Shown in pieces: positions 18,648 to 26,255 of a stretch of DNA of 27,607 bases (position 1 is its first letter; every line of letters begins with the position of its first letter). The notes beneath the pieces were generated by a model that was not told the origin of the DNA, ran no database searches, and saw only the letters and a program-made list of their open reading frames with translations. The stretch spans positions 1-27,607 of the IMG/VR virus record IMGVR_UViG_3300024232_000062; one strand, given 5' to 3'. Made by a program: the position numbers and the translations under genes. The stretch is from a virus (lineage: Duplodnaviria; Caudoviricetes).

Positions 18648-18718
18648 TTTCAACTCCTAGTAATCTGTGTAAAAAAGTGAAGTTCCTATTCATTTGTAAT
18701 CTCCGCCATCCAATGGCA

Positions 18719-18747
18719 TTGACATATGATGCCAAGTTCGTTATAGT
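18719..18747 (+). promoter_or_regulatory. Rightward sigma70 promoter (PR-like)
   Basis: TTGACA-17 nt-TATAGT upstream of the cro-like gene. Confidence 0.75.
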
Positions 18748-18767
18748 TTGTCAATAAGATTAGTCAA
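18726..18767 (-). promoter_or_regulatory. Overlapping leftward promoter candidates (PL-like)
   Basis: Minus strand carries TTGACT-16-TATAAC (18767..18740) and TTGACA-17-CATCAT (18754..18726). Confidence 0.5.
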
Positions 18768-18781
18768 AAATATGGTGATTT

Positions 18782-18967
18782 ATGAAGTTTAGTGATGTAA
18801 TGGCGTACTATGATTACAAGATGATTAACATCTGTAAGGCGCTCCATGTGGCACGTGATACCGTGAAAGCATGGAAGGAAAATGACAAGATACCATTCAA
18901 GATGCAATGCGTATTGGAGGTCATGAGTAACGGTAAATTGAAAGCAGAAAAGGAAATCAATGCATAA
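18782..18967 (+). CDS. cro: Cro-like HTH regulator
   Basis: 61 aa, with ICKALHVARDTVKAW (HTH) and IPFKMQCVLEVMSNGKLKA as in N15/P22-type Cro. First gene of the rightward operon. Confidence 0.8.
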   Translation: MKFSDVMAYYDYKMINICKALHVARDTVKAWKENDKIPFKMQCVLEVMSNGKLKAEKEINA

Positions 18968-19241
18968 TTATCTTTGTCTAATGTGCTGCAAAACCTTCAA
19001 AAAAGAGAAAGAAAGTCTTGCTCACATGAAAGAATTTGATACGCACGTTGTAGTTAAAAAGAGCTTAAAGGGTCGTATAAGTGACATGATTGGCTCAGTG
19101 CTGCTTTCGTACCCATGGGACAAATTACCAAAGTTTGTTGGCTTGTATATTCTTTATCAAGTAGCCAAAAACCATTGGGCATTTGATGTTACATGCTTGG
19201 AGGCTTGCCTTATAGGGCTTGCTATAGGATTGATAGCCTAA
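18960..19241 (+). CDS. Hypothetical protein with C2H2-like N-terminus and hydrophobic C-terminus
   Basis: YLCLMCCKTF...LAHMKEFDTH resembles a C2H2 finger, followed by two hydrophobic segments. Confidence 0.55.
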   Translation: MHNYLCLMCCKTFKKEKESLAHMKEFDTHVVVKKSLKGRISDMIGSVLLSYPWDKLPKFVGLYILYQVAKNHWAFDVTCLEACLIGLAIGLIA

Positions 19242-19423
19242 TGAATTATACAGGACTTACGGATGAGCGCAACGAATGGCGCCGGCAACTCGAAGGTGGT
19301 GGCCAGTTGGACATTTATGTGTTACAACAATACAGAGAAAACCGCGATTCCAATTTATGGCGGTCTACACGGGAAGTAGAAAAACTCTGTGAGTATATTT
19401 TATTTTTAGAGGGAACTAAATGA
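19241..19423 (+). CDS. Hypothetical protein
   Basis: ATG 19241 overlaps the upstream TAA (MNYTGLTDER...). Confidence 0.6.
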   Translation: MNYTGLTDERNEWRRQLEGGGQLDIYVLQQYRENRDSNLWRSTREVEKLCEYILFLEGTK

Positions 19424-19593
19424 CTGAAGAACTACGCATCAAATTAGATAACGACTCCCTAACGACACTCCTACGTTCCAATCTATCTTGCTACATGGGC
19501 AAGAATATCACACAAGAGTTATTAACCGACCTAACCAAGCAGATAATTGAATCAATTGATTATTTTATCAATCAAAAAGAAGAGAAGTCGTAA
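19420..19593 (+). CDS. Hypothetical protein (57 aa)
   Basis: ATGA overlap and GAGG RBS; MTEELRIKLDND...QKEEKS*. Below the ORF-track cutoff. Confidence 0.6.
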   Translation: MTEELRIKLDNDSLTTLLRSNLSCYMGKNITQELLTDLTKQIIESIDYFINQKEEKS

Positions 19594-19786
19594 TATTTAA
19601 TTTAATTAAAAGGTAATTTGGGTTAGTATAAAGAGGAATTTTAAGGCTTCCTGCCTTATTTATTCGATATAGGCGGTGTGAATCGTAACTTGCCAGTGAA
19701 CATTCATACCTATTAAAACAACGATTCCTTCGTTGGGATTTTTTTCGCCCATAAGAAAGGACGTAATAACATGGGTAATTATAACA

Positions 19787-20575
19787 ATGGACAACGCAAA
19801 TAACAACGAAAAAAATACGTACGGAATAGAAAAGTTTGAAGGAGCGTTTGAAAAGGAAGAAATAGGCGTAACAATAATACCCACCAGAACCATCAACGAC
19901 ATAAGAAATCCAGAAGCCCTTGGTGTATATGTATATTTGCTAGCACGACCGAAGGGTTGGAAGCTCAACGTGAAACAACTTCGAGAACACTTCCAATGTG
20001 GCCAAGACAAAATGTACAAGATTTTAAATTGGCTCTTACAAGAAACCTTCATAATCTGCACCATGCTCCGTGACAAAGGCAAATACACAAAACCCAGCTA
20101 TAGAGTTCTTTTGCATCGCCAAAATGACACAAATCGCAATGTTGAAATCATACCTCCAGTAGCAGAAACCCAGACTGAGACTGAGTTTCAACCGTATACG
20201 GAAAATCCCGATACGGTGAAAACCGATACGGAAAACACGGAAACATATAAAACAGAGATTGTAGAAAGCATAGAAGATAAAAATAATACCCCTATAGTCC
20301 CCAAGGGGACGGAATGTTCGTTCTCTCTTTTTTGGAATCTCTATCCTGTCAAGAAAGGCAAAAAACAATGTGAGTCCAGATGGAAGAGATTGAGACTTGA
20401 TGAAAAGTGCAGTTCGATATTAAGGGCACTACAGAACCAAATTGAGAATGATGAGCAGTGGAAGCGTGGTTTTGCTCCCAATCCGCTTACCTACATCAAC
20501 GGCGAGTTATGGAATGACGAAATCGTGACAACTAAACCCCAAGGAAAGTCTAAAGACGAATTATTTTTTATTTGA
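19787..20575 (+). CDS. Replication initiator (lambda O-like, N-terminal winged helix); start uncertain
   Basis: ALGVYVYLLARPKGWKL wHTH, an iteron-coded linker and C-terminal FWNLYPVKKGK...PNPLTYINGELWND. It precedes the helicase. Confidence 0.8.
   Translation: MDNANNNEKNTYGIEKFEGAFEKEEIGVTIIPTRTINDIRNPEALGVYVYLLARPKGWKLNVKQLREHFQCGQDKMYKILNWLLQETFIICTMLRDKGKYTKPSYRVLLHRQNDTNRNVEIIPPVAETQTETEFQPYTENPDTVKTDTENTETYKTEIVESIEDKNNTPIVPKGTECSFSLFWNLYPVKKGKKQCESRWKRLRLDEKCSSILRALQNQIENDEQWKRGFAPNPLTYINGELWNDEIVTTKPQGKSKDELFFI
20192..20310 (+). repeat. Iterons and AT-rich tract: probable replication origin
   Basis: 15-bp period repeats TATACGGAAAATCCC / GATACGGTGAAAACC / GATACGGAAAACACG, then an A-rich tract and the GTCCCC-AA-GGGGAC hairpin. 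Confidence 0.7.
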
Positions 20576-22416
20576 GAGATTTTATGTTAGCGAAAGATTT
20601 ATCAAAGATGCTTGCTGATAGAGCATCAGAAATTGCACAGATGCTATTCCCAAACGGAAAGAAAGAGGGGAATGAGTGGTGTGTCGGCTCTATGGACGGT
20701 GAGAAAGGCAAATCAATGAAGATTCATCTTGCTGGCTCAAAGTCCGGCGTGTGGAGTGACTTTCAAAGTGGTGACAGTGGTGACTTACTGGATTTGTGGG
20801 CATTGAAACATGGTGTATCTATCTCCGAAGCTATGAAACAAGTATCGTACTTTTTTAATCTATCCAGCCCAAAACCATACGCTGAAAGCAAGAAGAAATT
20901 CGTAAGACCAACACCCAAACCATTGCCGGCACTAAAGCCCATGTCTCCGGTACATCAGTACTTATCAGTGACCAGAGGAATAGAGCAGCCTGTCATTGAT
21001 GCCTTTAAGATACCACACAGCGATTCTGAGATTATTTTCCATTATTTCCGTGGCACTGAGCTCATATTCACAAAGAACCTGAAGCTTGAGCGAAAGAATG
21101 GAGACAAGCAGATGTTCGTGTCAGCTAACTCTGAGCCGTGCCTTTTTGGATGGCAAACCATTCCAGCCAATGCAAGAGAGGTAGTGATATGTGAAGGTGA
21201 GATTGATGCGATGAGCTTTTATCAATATGGAGTGCCAGCATTGTCTGTGCCATTTGGTGGTGGCAAAGGTGATAAGCAACGCTGGATAGAGTACGAATAT
21301 GACAACCTAAACCGCTTCGATGATATTGTGATTTGTATGGACAATGATGAAGCAGGGCAGGCTGGAGCTAAAGAAATCTTAGAACGTCTTGGAGCTCACC
21401 GTTGCCGTGTCGCTACATTGCCAATGAAAGATGCCAATGAGTGTCTTGTTAATGGCATCAGCAAGGATGATATTACATACTTTCTTGAGCAAGCAAAGAC
21501 CATCGACCCAGAAGAACTAAGGCGACATGATGACTTCACCGATTTAGCTTATGAGATTCTACACCCAACACCTGGTAAGTTTCTTGGATATACACTTGGA
21601 ATAGATAAATGCAGTGACAATATCCTATTTCGACCATCAGGACTTAGTATGTGGACTGGATATAATGGCCATGGTAAAACTTTGTTCTTAAGTCAAATCA
21701 TGCTGAATATGATAAACCAGGGAGCTACGATTTGCGTTGCCAGCATGGAGTTGTTTCCTGAAGAGCTTATGGCTAGAACCTACATACAAGCTACGGCTCA
21801 AATTCAACCATCACGAGGCTACATCGATGCTATTGAAGATGCTTTGGATGGTAAGCTTTATTTGTTTAACCTTGTAGGGACTGGAAAGATTGAACGATTA
21901 CTCGAAGTGTTTCTCTATGCCAGAAGAAGATATGGTGTTGATGTATTTATTGTGGACTCTCTCACCACGCTTAACATTGAGGAAGATGACTACAATGGAC
22001 AAAAAGAACTAACTGAAATGCTAAGGGACTTCAAGACTCAGCACAAGTGCCATGTTCACTTAGTGGCACACCCGAGAAAGCCTAAAGATGAAAGAGAAAT
22101 ACCAGGGAAATATGACATACGAGGCGGTGGTGCTATAAGCGACTTAGCTGATAACTGCTTTGCAATATGGAGAAATAAAGAAAAAGAGCAGCTTGATAAA
22201 CGCTATCAAAGAGGAGACATGATGACTCCTGAAGAGCTTGAGAAGTTACAAAAACCAGATGCTTATCTCAAATGTGATAAGAATCGACACGGACGCGGAA
22301 AATACAAGGAAGGAATCTTTGGTTTCTGGTTTCATGAGCCATCATTTCAGTACTTAGAGCGCGAAGGGCTACGGCCAAAACCCTTTATCGAGTACTCATG
22401 TCTGAACGAAAACTAA
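20572..22416 (+). CDS. Primase-helicase (TOPRIM plus DnaB-like SF4; T7 gp4/Twinkle type); alternative start ATG 20584
   Basis: TOPRIM CEGEIDAMS and DNDEAG; Walker A GYNGHGKT; FIVDSL, HLVAHPRK, DIRGGGAISDLADN and KNRHG. Confidence 0.92.
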   Translation: MRDFMLAKDLSKMLADRASEIAQMLFPNGKKEGNEWCVGSMDGEKGKSMKIHLAGSKSGVWSDFQSGDSGDLLDLWALKHGVSISEAMKQVSYFFNLSSPKPYAESKKKFVRPTPKPLPALKPMSPVHQYLSVTRGIEQPVIDAFKIPHSDSEIIFHYFRGTELIFTKNLKLERKNGDKQMFVSANSEPCLFGWQTIPANAREVVICEGEIDAMSFYQYGVPALSVPFGGGKGDKQRWIEYEYDNLNRFDDIVICMDNDEAGQAGAKEILERLGAHRCRVATLPMKDANECLVNGISKDDITYFLEQAKTIDPEELRRHDDFTDLAYEILHPTPGKFLGYTLGIDKCSDNILFRPSGLSMWTGYNGHGKTLFLSQIMLNMINQGATICVASMELFPEELMARTYIQATAQIQPSRGYIDAIEDALDGKLYLFNLVGTGKIERLLEVFLYARRRYGVDVFIVDSLTTLNIEEDDYNGQKELTEMLRDFKTQHKCHVHLVAHPRKPKDEREIPGKYDIRGGGAISDLADNCFAIWRNKEKEQLDKRYQRGDMMTPEELEKLQKPDAYLKCDKNRHGRGKYKEGIFGFWFHEPSFQYLEREGLRPKPFIEYSCLNEN

Positions 22417-22652
22417 CGGATGATGCGTGTAAAAACATCATTCGAGAAATTGCACTAAAGCACAAGATTAAGCCTCGTCTCATCACCACACGCTTGATGA
22501 GCGAGGATGATAAAGAGGACATGCGAAATGGAGAACTACCTACCAGAGCATTAGACTTACACGTTGAGGTTTGGATTAAAGCAGGAATGCCTGACTACGC
22601 ACATGGAAAAACAATACCGATGAATGAAGAAAACTCGTCCGTACCTGAATAA
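22398..22652 (+). CDS. Hypothetical protein
   Basis: Overlaps the helicase end; last gene of the rightward operon. Confidence 0.6.
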   Translation: MSERKLTDDACKNIIREIALKHKIKPRLITTRLMSEDDKEDMRNGELPTRALDLHVEVWIKAGMPDYAHGKTIPMNEENSSVPE

Positions 22653-22674
22653 GCGCAGAGGGACGAGCCGAATA

Positions 22675-22869
22675 TTAACCTAGAGAATAAGATTGTCTAA
22701 GTTCAGACATTAACATATTTGTATCATGATTCTTAAATCGCTTCCATCGCTTGCCTGACCAGATGCTTACGATGATTTCAGTCTCTTTATTCGTAACGTT
22801 AATGGCACAATCCTTGTTATTCTCTACAATCTCCCACAATATGGGCACTATCTTGGTAATGTAGTCCAT
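22675..22869 (-). CDS. Hypothetical protein
   Basis: Purine-rich RBS (GGAGGAAGGG); last gene of the leftward small-gene operon. Confidence 0.6.
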   Translation of the reverse strand: MDYITKIVPILWEIVENNKDCAINVTNKETEIIVSIWSGKRWKRFKNHDTNMLMSELRQSYSLG

Positions 22870-23072
22870 GTTATTCCCTTCCTCCAGGTTGATAATCCGT
22901 CATCTTCATGAGAAAATAGCTCATGAATAGACAGGTTATAGTAATGCTCTAACTCTGCTATTAATTCAAATAGAGGATTTCTAGTGTTATTCGCAAAGAC
23001 TGATAAATCCTCTATTCTCGCCTGTATTCTTCCTAAAAACAGAAGAACCCTATCGTTACGGTTCACATACAT
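22848..23072 (-). CDS. Hypothetical protein
   Basis: Starts 3 nt after the stop of 23076..23225. Confidence 0.55.
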   Translation of the reverse strand: MYVNRNDRVLLFLGRIQARIEDLSVFANNTRNPLFELIAELEHYYNLSIHELFSHEDDGLSTWRKGITWTTLPR

Positions 23073-23075
23073 CTC

Positions 23076-23225
23076 CTAGTTAAGTAATTGTTCATCGCGC
23101 CATGATTCATACTCCTCATCGCAACGCTGGTAATATCGCTCGTCACAATCATCGCACGTACCACATCGACCATTGCACTCCATTTCATCACCATGCCAAC
23201 CATCCATCATGCCTTGGTAACTCAT
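23076..23225 (-). CDS. Small acidic Cys-rich protein (49 aa)
   Basis: MSYQGMMDGWHGDEMECNGRCGTCDDCDERYYQRCDEEYESWRDEQLLN*, with an AAGGAGG RBS. Not in the ORF track. Confidence 0.7.
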   Translation of the reverse strand: MSYQGMMDGWHGDEMECNGRCGTCDDCDERYYQRCDEEYESWRDEQLLN

Positions 23226-23226
23226 C

Positions 23227-23433
23227 TTAATTTCCTCCTTGAATGTCTTCTGTAGCCTGTAAAATCCTTTTACAGTTCTCTCTGAGCTGCTCTACCTCTC
23301 TACGACTAAGATTCCTTGAGTATTTATCGTCCCATCGCTCTACTGAGAAGTCATAATCCCAATACTCGCAAGCATCGCCTGCGAAATCACAATGGAACGA
23401 ATAGTCTGTATCTGTCAAATCTGCAAATTGCAT
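23227..23433 (-). CDS. Small acidic hypothetical protein (68 aa)
   Basis: AGGAG RBS 7 nt before ATG 23433 (MQFADLTDTDY...). Confidence 0.7.
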   Translation of the reverse strand: MQFADLTDTDYSFHCDFAGDACEYWDYDFSVERWDDKYSRNLSRREVEQLRENCKRILQATEDIQGGN

Positions 23434-23474
23434 CTGTGTGCTCCTGTTAATCTGCGTAAAATAAATAACTACAA

Positions 23475-23508
23475 TAGTCATTGTGACTAACTCACTACAC
23501 ATTGTCAA
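23475..23508 (-). promoter_or_regulatory. Leftward promoter with overlapping palindromic operator
   Basis: Minus strand TTGACA-17-CACAAT (23508..23480). The palindrome TAGTCA-TTG-TGACTA (23475-23489) covers the -10 element. Confidence 0.6.
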
Positions 23509-23600
23509 GCAATTTAGTCAAAAAATATAATTGATATGCTTTATTCATTAAATACATTATGTTAGTATGTGTGATATCAGTAACTACAAGGAATGTAGCA

Positions 23601-23846
23601 ATGAGTGAAGTGTGTTATAGATGCCAGGGCAAAGGTACGTATTTAGGCAATGGCATGATCACAACCGAGTGCAACCTCTGCTATGGAGATGAGACAGACG
23701 AAAAAATAGAGACTCCAACCCTTGACAAGATAAATAGGAACAGCAAATCTTATCAAAAAGCCATAAAGGATATTATGGCTATAAACCCAGACATCACACG
23801 CAAAGAAGCGATTAAGATGTTTGATGAAGCTTATGTGAAAGGCTAG
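23601..23846 (+). CDS. Small zinc-finger protein
   Basis: AAGGA RBS; CYRCQGKG...CNLCYG is a DnaJ-type Cys pair. Confidence 0.65.
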   Translation: MSEVCYRCQGKGTYLGNGMITTECNLCYGDETDEKIETPTLDKINRNSKSYQKAIKDIMAINPDITRKEAIKMFDEAYVKG

Positions 23847-23862
23847 AAAACGGTGGTTAAGG

Positions 23863-24342
23863 ATGACCAAAAAGAAAAAGCCAGAAGACCTGAAGAAAAT
23901 GGGTCGACCTACAAAATACACTCCAGAGCTAGGAGAGGAAATTTGCGCTGCTATCGCTTGCTCAGAGCTTGGGCTGATACATTTGGTCAATGCAAACCCT
24001 CATTGGCCTGAGCGTTCTACTATATTTCTATGGCGAAGAACACAACCTGACTTTTCAGACAAGTACACAAAAGCCAAAGAAGATCAAGTAGAAGTAAGCG
24101 TTGAGTACATGCAAGAGCTCATGAATGAACCGCATAAATGGTACGATGAAGAAACAGGTCTACAGAAGCTTGACCACAATATGATGCGCATGAAGATGGA
24201 CGCAATTAAGTGGCAAGCTGCCAAATTAAAGCCCAAGAAGTTTGGTGATTCTAAAGACCAAGAATTACCCAATACCGAACTCGATGAAGACTGTAAGAAG
24301 CGTTACGCAGAAATGGATAAACGAAACAGAAAGGACTACTGA
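23863..24342 (+). CDS. terS: Terminase small subunit (Sf6 gp1-like)
   Basis: GRPTKYTPELGEEIC, PERSTIFLW...FSDKYTKAK and MKMDAIKWQAAKLKPKKFGD. Confidence 0.88.
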   Translation: MTKKKKPEDLKKMGRPTKYTPELGEEICAAIACSELGLIHLVNANPHWPERSTIFLWRRTQPDFSDKYTKAKEDQVEVSVEYMQELMNEPHKWYDEETGLQKLDHNMMRMKMDAIKWQAAKLKPKKFGDSKDQELPNTELDEDCKKRYAEMDKRNRKDY

Positions 24343-24722
24343 TGAATGATGAAGTGTTGCATGAAGAAGACAGCGAGTACATCAAATACAAAAAAATGAT
24401 GAGCACTGTGTTTTATGAGATTAAGAACATAGAGCAACGCTTCAACGAGATGGTTGTTGACTTCAAAGACTCACAACGCGCTCACGCTGCCGGCGTACAG
24501 AATGTCTATGACAAGTTCGTTGAGCTTGAGAAGAGACAAAAAGACATCGAAGACTTACTCAAGAGCGGCCATATAAAAACCATGATTGATGCCATTCCCA
24601 ACGAAGATACAATCCTTAAGATGTTTGATATGATTGAAACTCATCCAATAGCAAGCATAAAAGAAAAAATAGACAGCATCAGGGATGACTTAGACGAGTT
24701 AACAGATAAATTTACTTTATAG
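24342..24722 (+). CDS. Coiled-coil hypothetical protein
   Basis: TGATG coupling to terS; heptad pattern. Confidence 0.65.
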   Translation: MNDEVLHEEDSEYIKYKKMMSTVFYEIKNIEQRFNEMVVDFKDSQRAHAAGVQNVYDKFVELEKRQKDIEDLLKSGHIKTMIDAIPNEDTILKMFDMIETHPIASIKEKIDSIRDDLDELTDKFTL

Positions 24723-24790
24723 GGGAGCTGGCCTCTGCGCACCACCTCTTAGCGCACGCACAAATCGCTCCCCGTTGTATGGGATGTAAG

Positions 24791-24976
24791 ATGCCAAAGA
24801 CGTTGATTATAACTTGTGAGGTATGTGAGGCCGATATCACAAAGGCATCAAGAGCTGAGGTTACTTGGATTGATGCATTTATCCCTGAGCTCACCCGAAC
24901 ATTATACTTTTGTGGGCATGAACACATGTATCAATTCTTTGATACTAGAAGACCTAAACCCACAGAAGAAGATTAG
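24791..24976 (+). CDS. Small zinc-binding hypothetical protein
   Basis: CEVC...FCGHEH; ATG 24791 follows GGGA. Confidence 0.6.
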   Translation: MPKTLIITCEVCEADITKASRAEVTWIDAFIPELTRTLYFCGHEHMYQFFDTRRPKPTEED

Positions 24977-25176
24977 CTCACGTACCATGAAGTACGAGGA
25001 GTACTCGGGTTCCTTACGGGGTTCCCAGCGAAATCTGCATCTATGCGCATAGGTGTAGTAGCTAAGCTGCTAAAGCGTTATGAGGTACCGCGCCGCACGG
25101 TACGAAATGGCAGCATGTGGCACTATCTCATATACCCACGGTAGAAAGAGCTGAGCAACGGTTATGCCCGCGCTTT
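24973..25176 (+). ncRNA. Candidate structured ncRNA
   Basis: GC-rich intergenic stretch with at least five stems, G-U pairs, and a final hairpin plus T-tract. Confidence 0.5.
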
Positions 25177-25191
25177 TTATTTGAGGGCTTT

Positions 25192-25479
25192 ATGATAAGA
25201 CATATTTTTAAATATCCATTGGACTTTCCTGACAATGCAGGTGATATCATTGAAGTACAAATGCCTGGAAAACCAACTATCTGTGATATCAACTTTCAAG
25301 GCGACCAGATATTTATATGGGCTATGATTGACATTCATGCTCCATTGGAGACTTATAAGTTTGTGGTTCAAGGAACTGGATGGCAGATACATGATGTTGA
25401 AGGTCTGTGTTTTGTGAAGACAGTTCATACTCCGAGTGGTTTTGTTTGGCATGTTTTTGCTGTAATGGACAAGGTTTAA
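25192..25479 (+). CDS. Conserved phage hypothetical protein (DUF7352-like)
   Basis: IFKYPL...QMP...IWAMID...GTG...VWHVF pattern recalled from this family. GAGG RBS before ATG 25192. Confidence 0.65.
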   Translation: MIRHIFKYPLDFPDNAGDIIEVQMPGKPTICDINFQGDQIFIWAMIDIHAPLETYKFVVQGTGWQIHDVEGLCFVKTVHTPSGFVWHVFAVMDKV

Positions 25480-25610
25480 TCCCTTAACAATCGATAAGGG
25501 ATGTATAGAGGCCATCACCGAGCCAGTGTAGCAAATCGGTGCTTTAATTTAGTAACTGCACCCACTCATAACATCTGGGTGCTACTTAATTTAGTTTTAA
25601 AGGATTGATT

Positions 25611-25832
25611 ATGTTTATCCAGGAATGGATTAAAAATAAATATGCTGAGATTGCCAGAAAACTTCCTACGCTAGTCCATACGGAACCTGCAAGCTTCTCT
25701 TGTGGGTTCAACACAGGCTACAAGCAAGCATTAAGAGACCTTGAAAACATCATAGAAGACGGAGCGACATTGCGTAAAAGCATGTGTAGATGTGGTGATA
25801 AATACCATGATTACGGAGCTATTTGTTTATGA
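25611..25832 (+). CDS. Hypothetical protein
   Basis: AAGGA RBS; GFNTGYKQAL motif. Confidence 0.6.
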   Translation: MFIQEWIKNKYAEIARKLPTLVHTEPASFSCGFNTGYKQALRDLENIIEDGATLRKSMCRCGDKYHDYGAICL

Positions 25833-26035
25833 ACAATCCTTGGGAATGCCCGCGATGCCATAGGATTAATGCGCCATATATGCCATTTTGTGATTGCAAG
25901 CCAAATCCCCTCAATCCCTATCAAACAATCACTCAAAGTGGCTCAATCAGTTGGCCACCTGCACAAGATAGATGCTTGATGTGTAATGGTTATCATGGTA
26001 AAGGATTACAGTGTGCAACATTAACGGTGACATAA
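25829..26035 (+). CDS. Small Cys-rich zinc-binding protein
   Basis: WECPRCHRINAP...CDC and CLMCNGYH...C; ATGA overlap. Confidence 0.65.
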   Translation: MNNPWECPRCHRINAPYMPFCDCKPNPLNPYQTITQSGSISWPPAQDRCLMCNGYHGKGLQCATLTVT

Positions 26036-26250
26036 TGAGCTACAAAGACAAAACCTGGTGCGCATCACCCAATTGCGAGGGTAAGTGCGGAAGAAGACTA
26101 AACGACCACGACAGAGGACTTGCTCAAGCTTTAGGACAAGACCAATACATGTCCTATGCTTACTTCTGTGGTGTTCCTGATGACTTACCACCTATTGATA
26201 GGTTGAAAGCAAAGTTTCACGGAGCTATCACGAAGCTCAAAGATAGATAG
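26035..26250 (+). CDS. Small Cys-rich hypothetical protein
   Basis: MSYKDKTWCASPNCEGKCGR; TAATG overlap. Confidence 0.65.
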   Translation: MSYKDKTWCASPNCEGKCGRRLNDHDRGLAQALGQDQYMSYAYFCGVPDDLPPIDRLKAKFHGAITKLKDR

Positions 26251-26255
26251 AATCA

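Noticed and set aside
25076-25114. Hammerhead-like ...ATGAG-stem-GAAA
   Set aside because: The core reads GTTATGA rather than CTGANGA, the stem II register is off and no UH cleavage junction is evident.
25515-25545. Resemblance to the tracrRNA 3' hairpin (CACCGAG...TCGGTGCTTT)
   Set aside because: The match is short, and there is no anti-repeat, Cas gene or array in the window.
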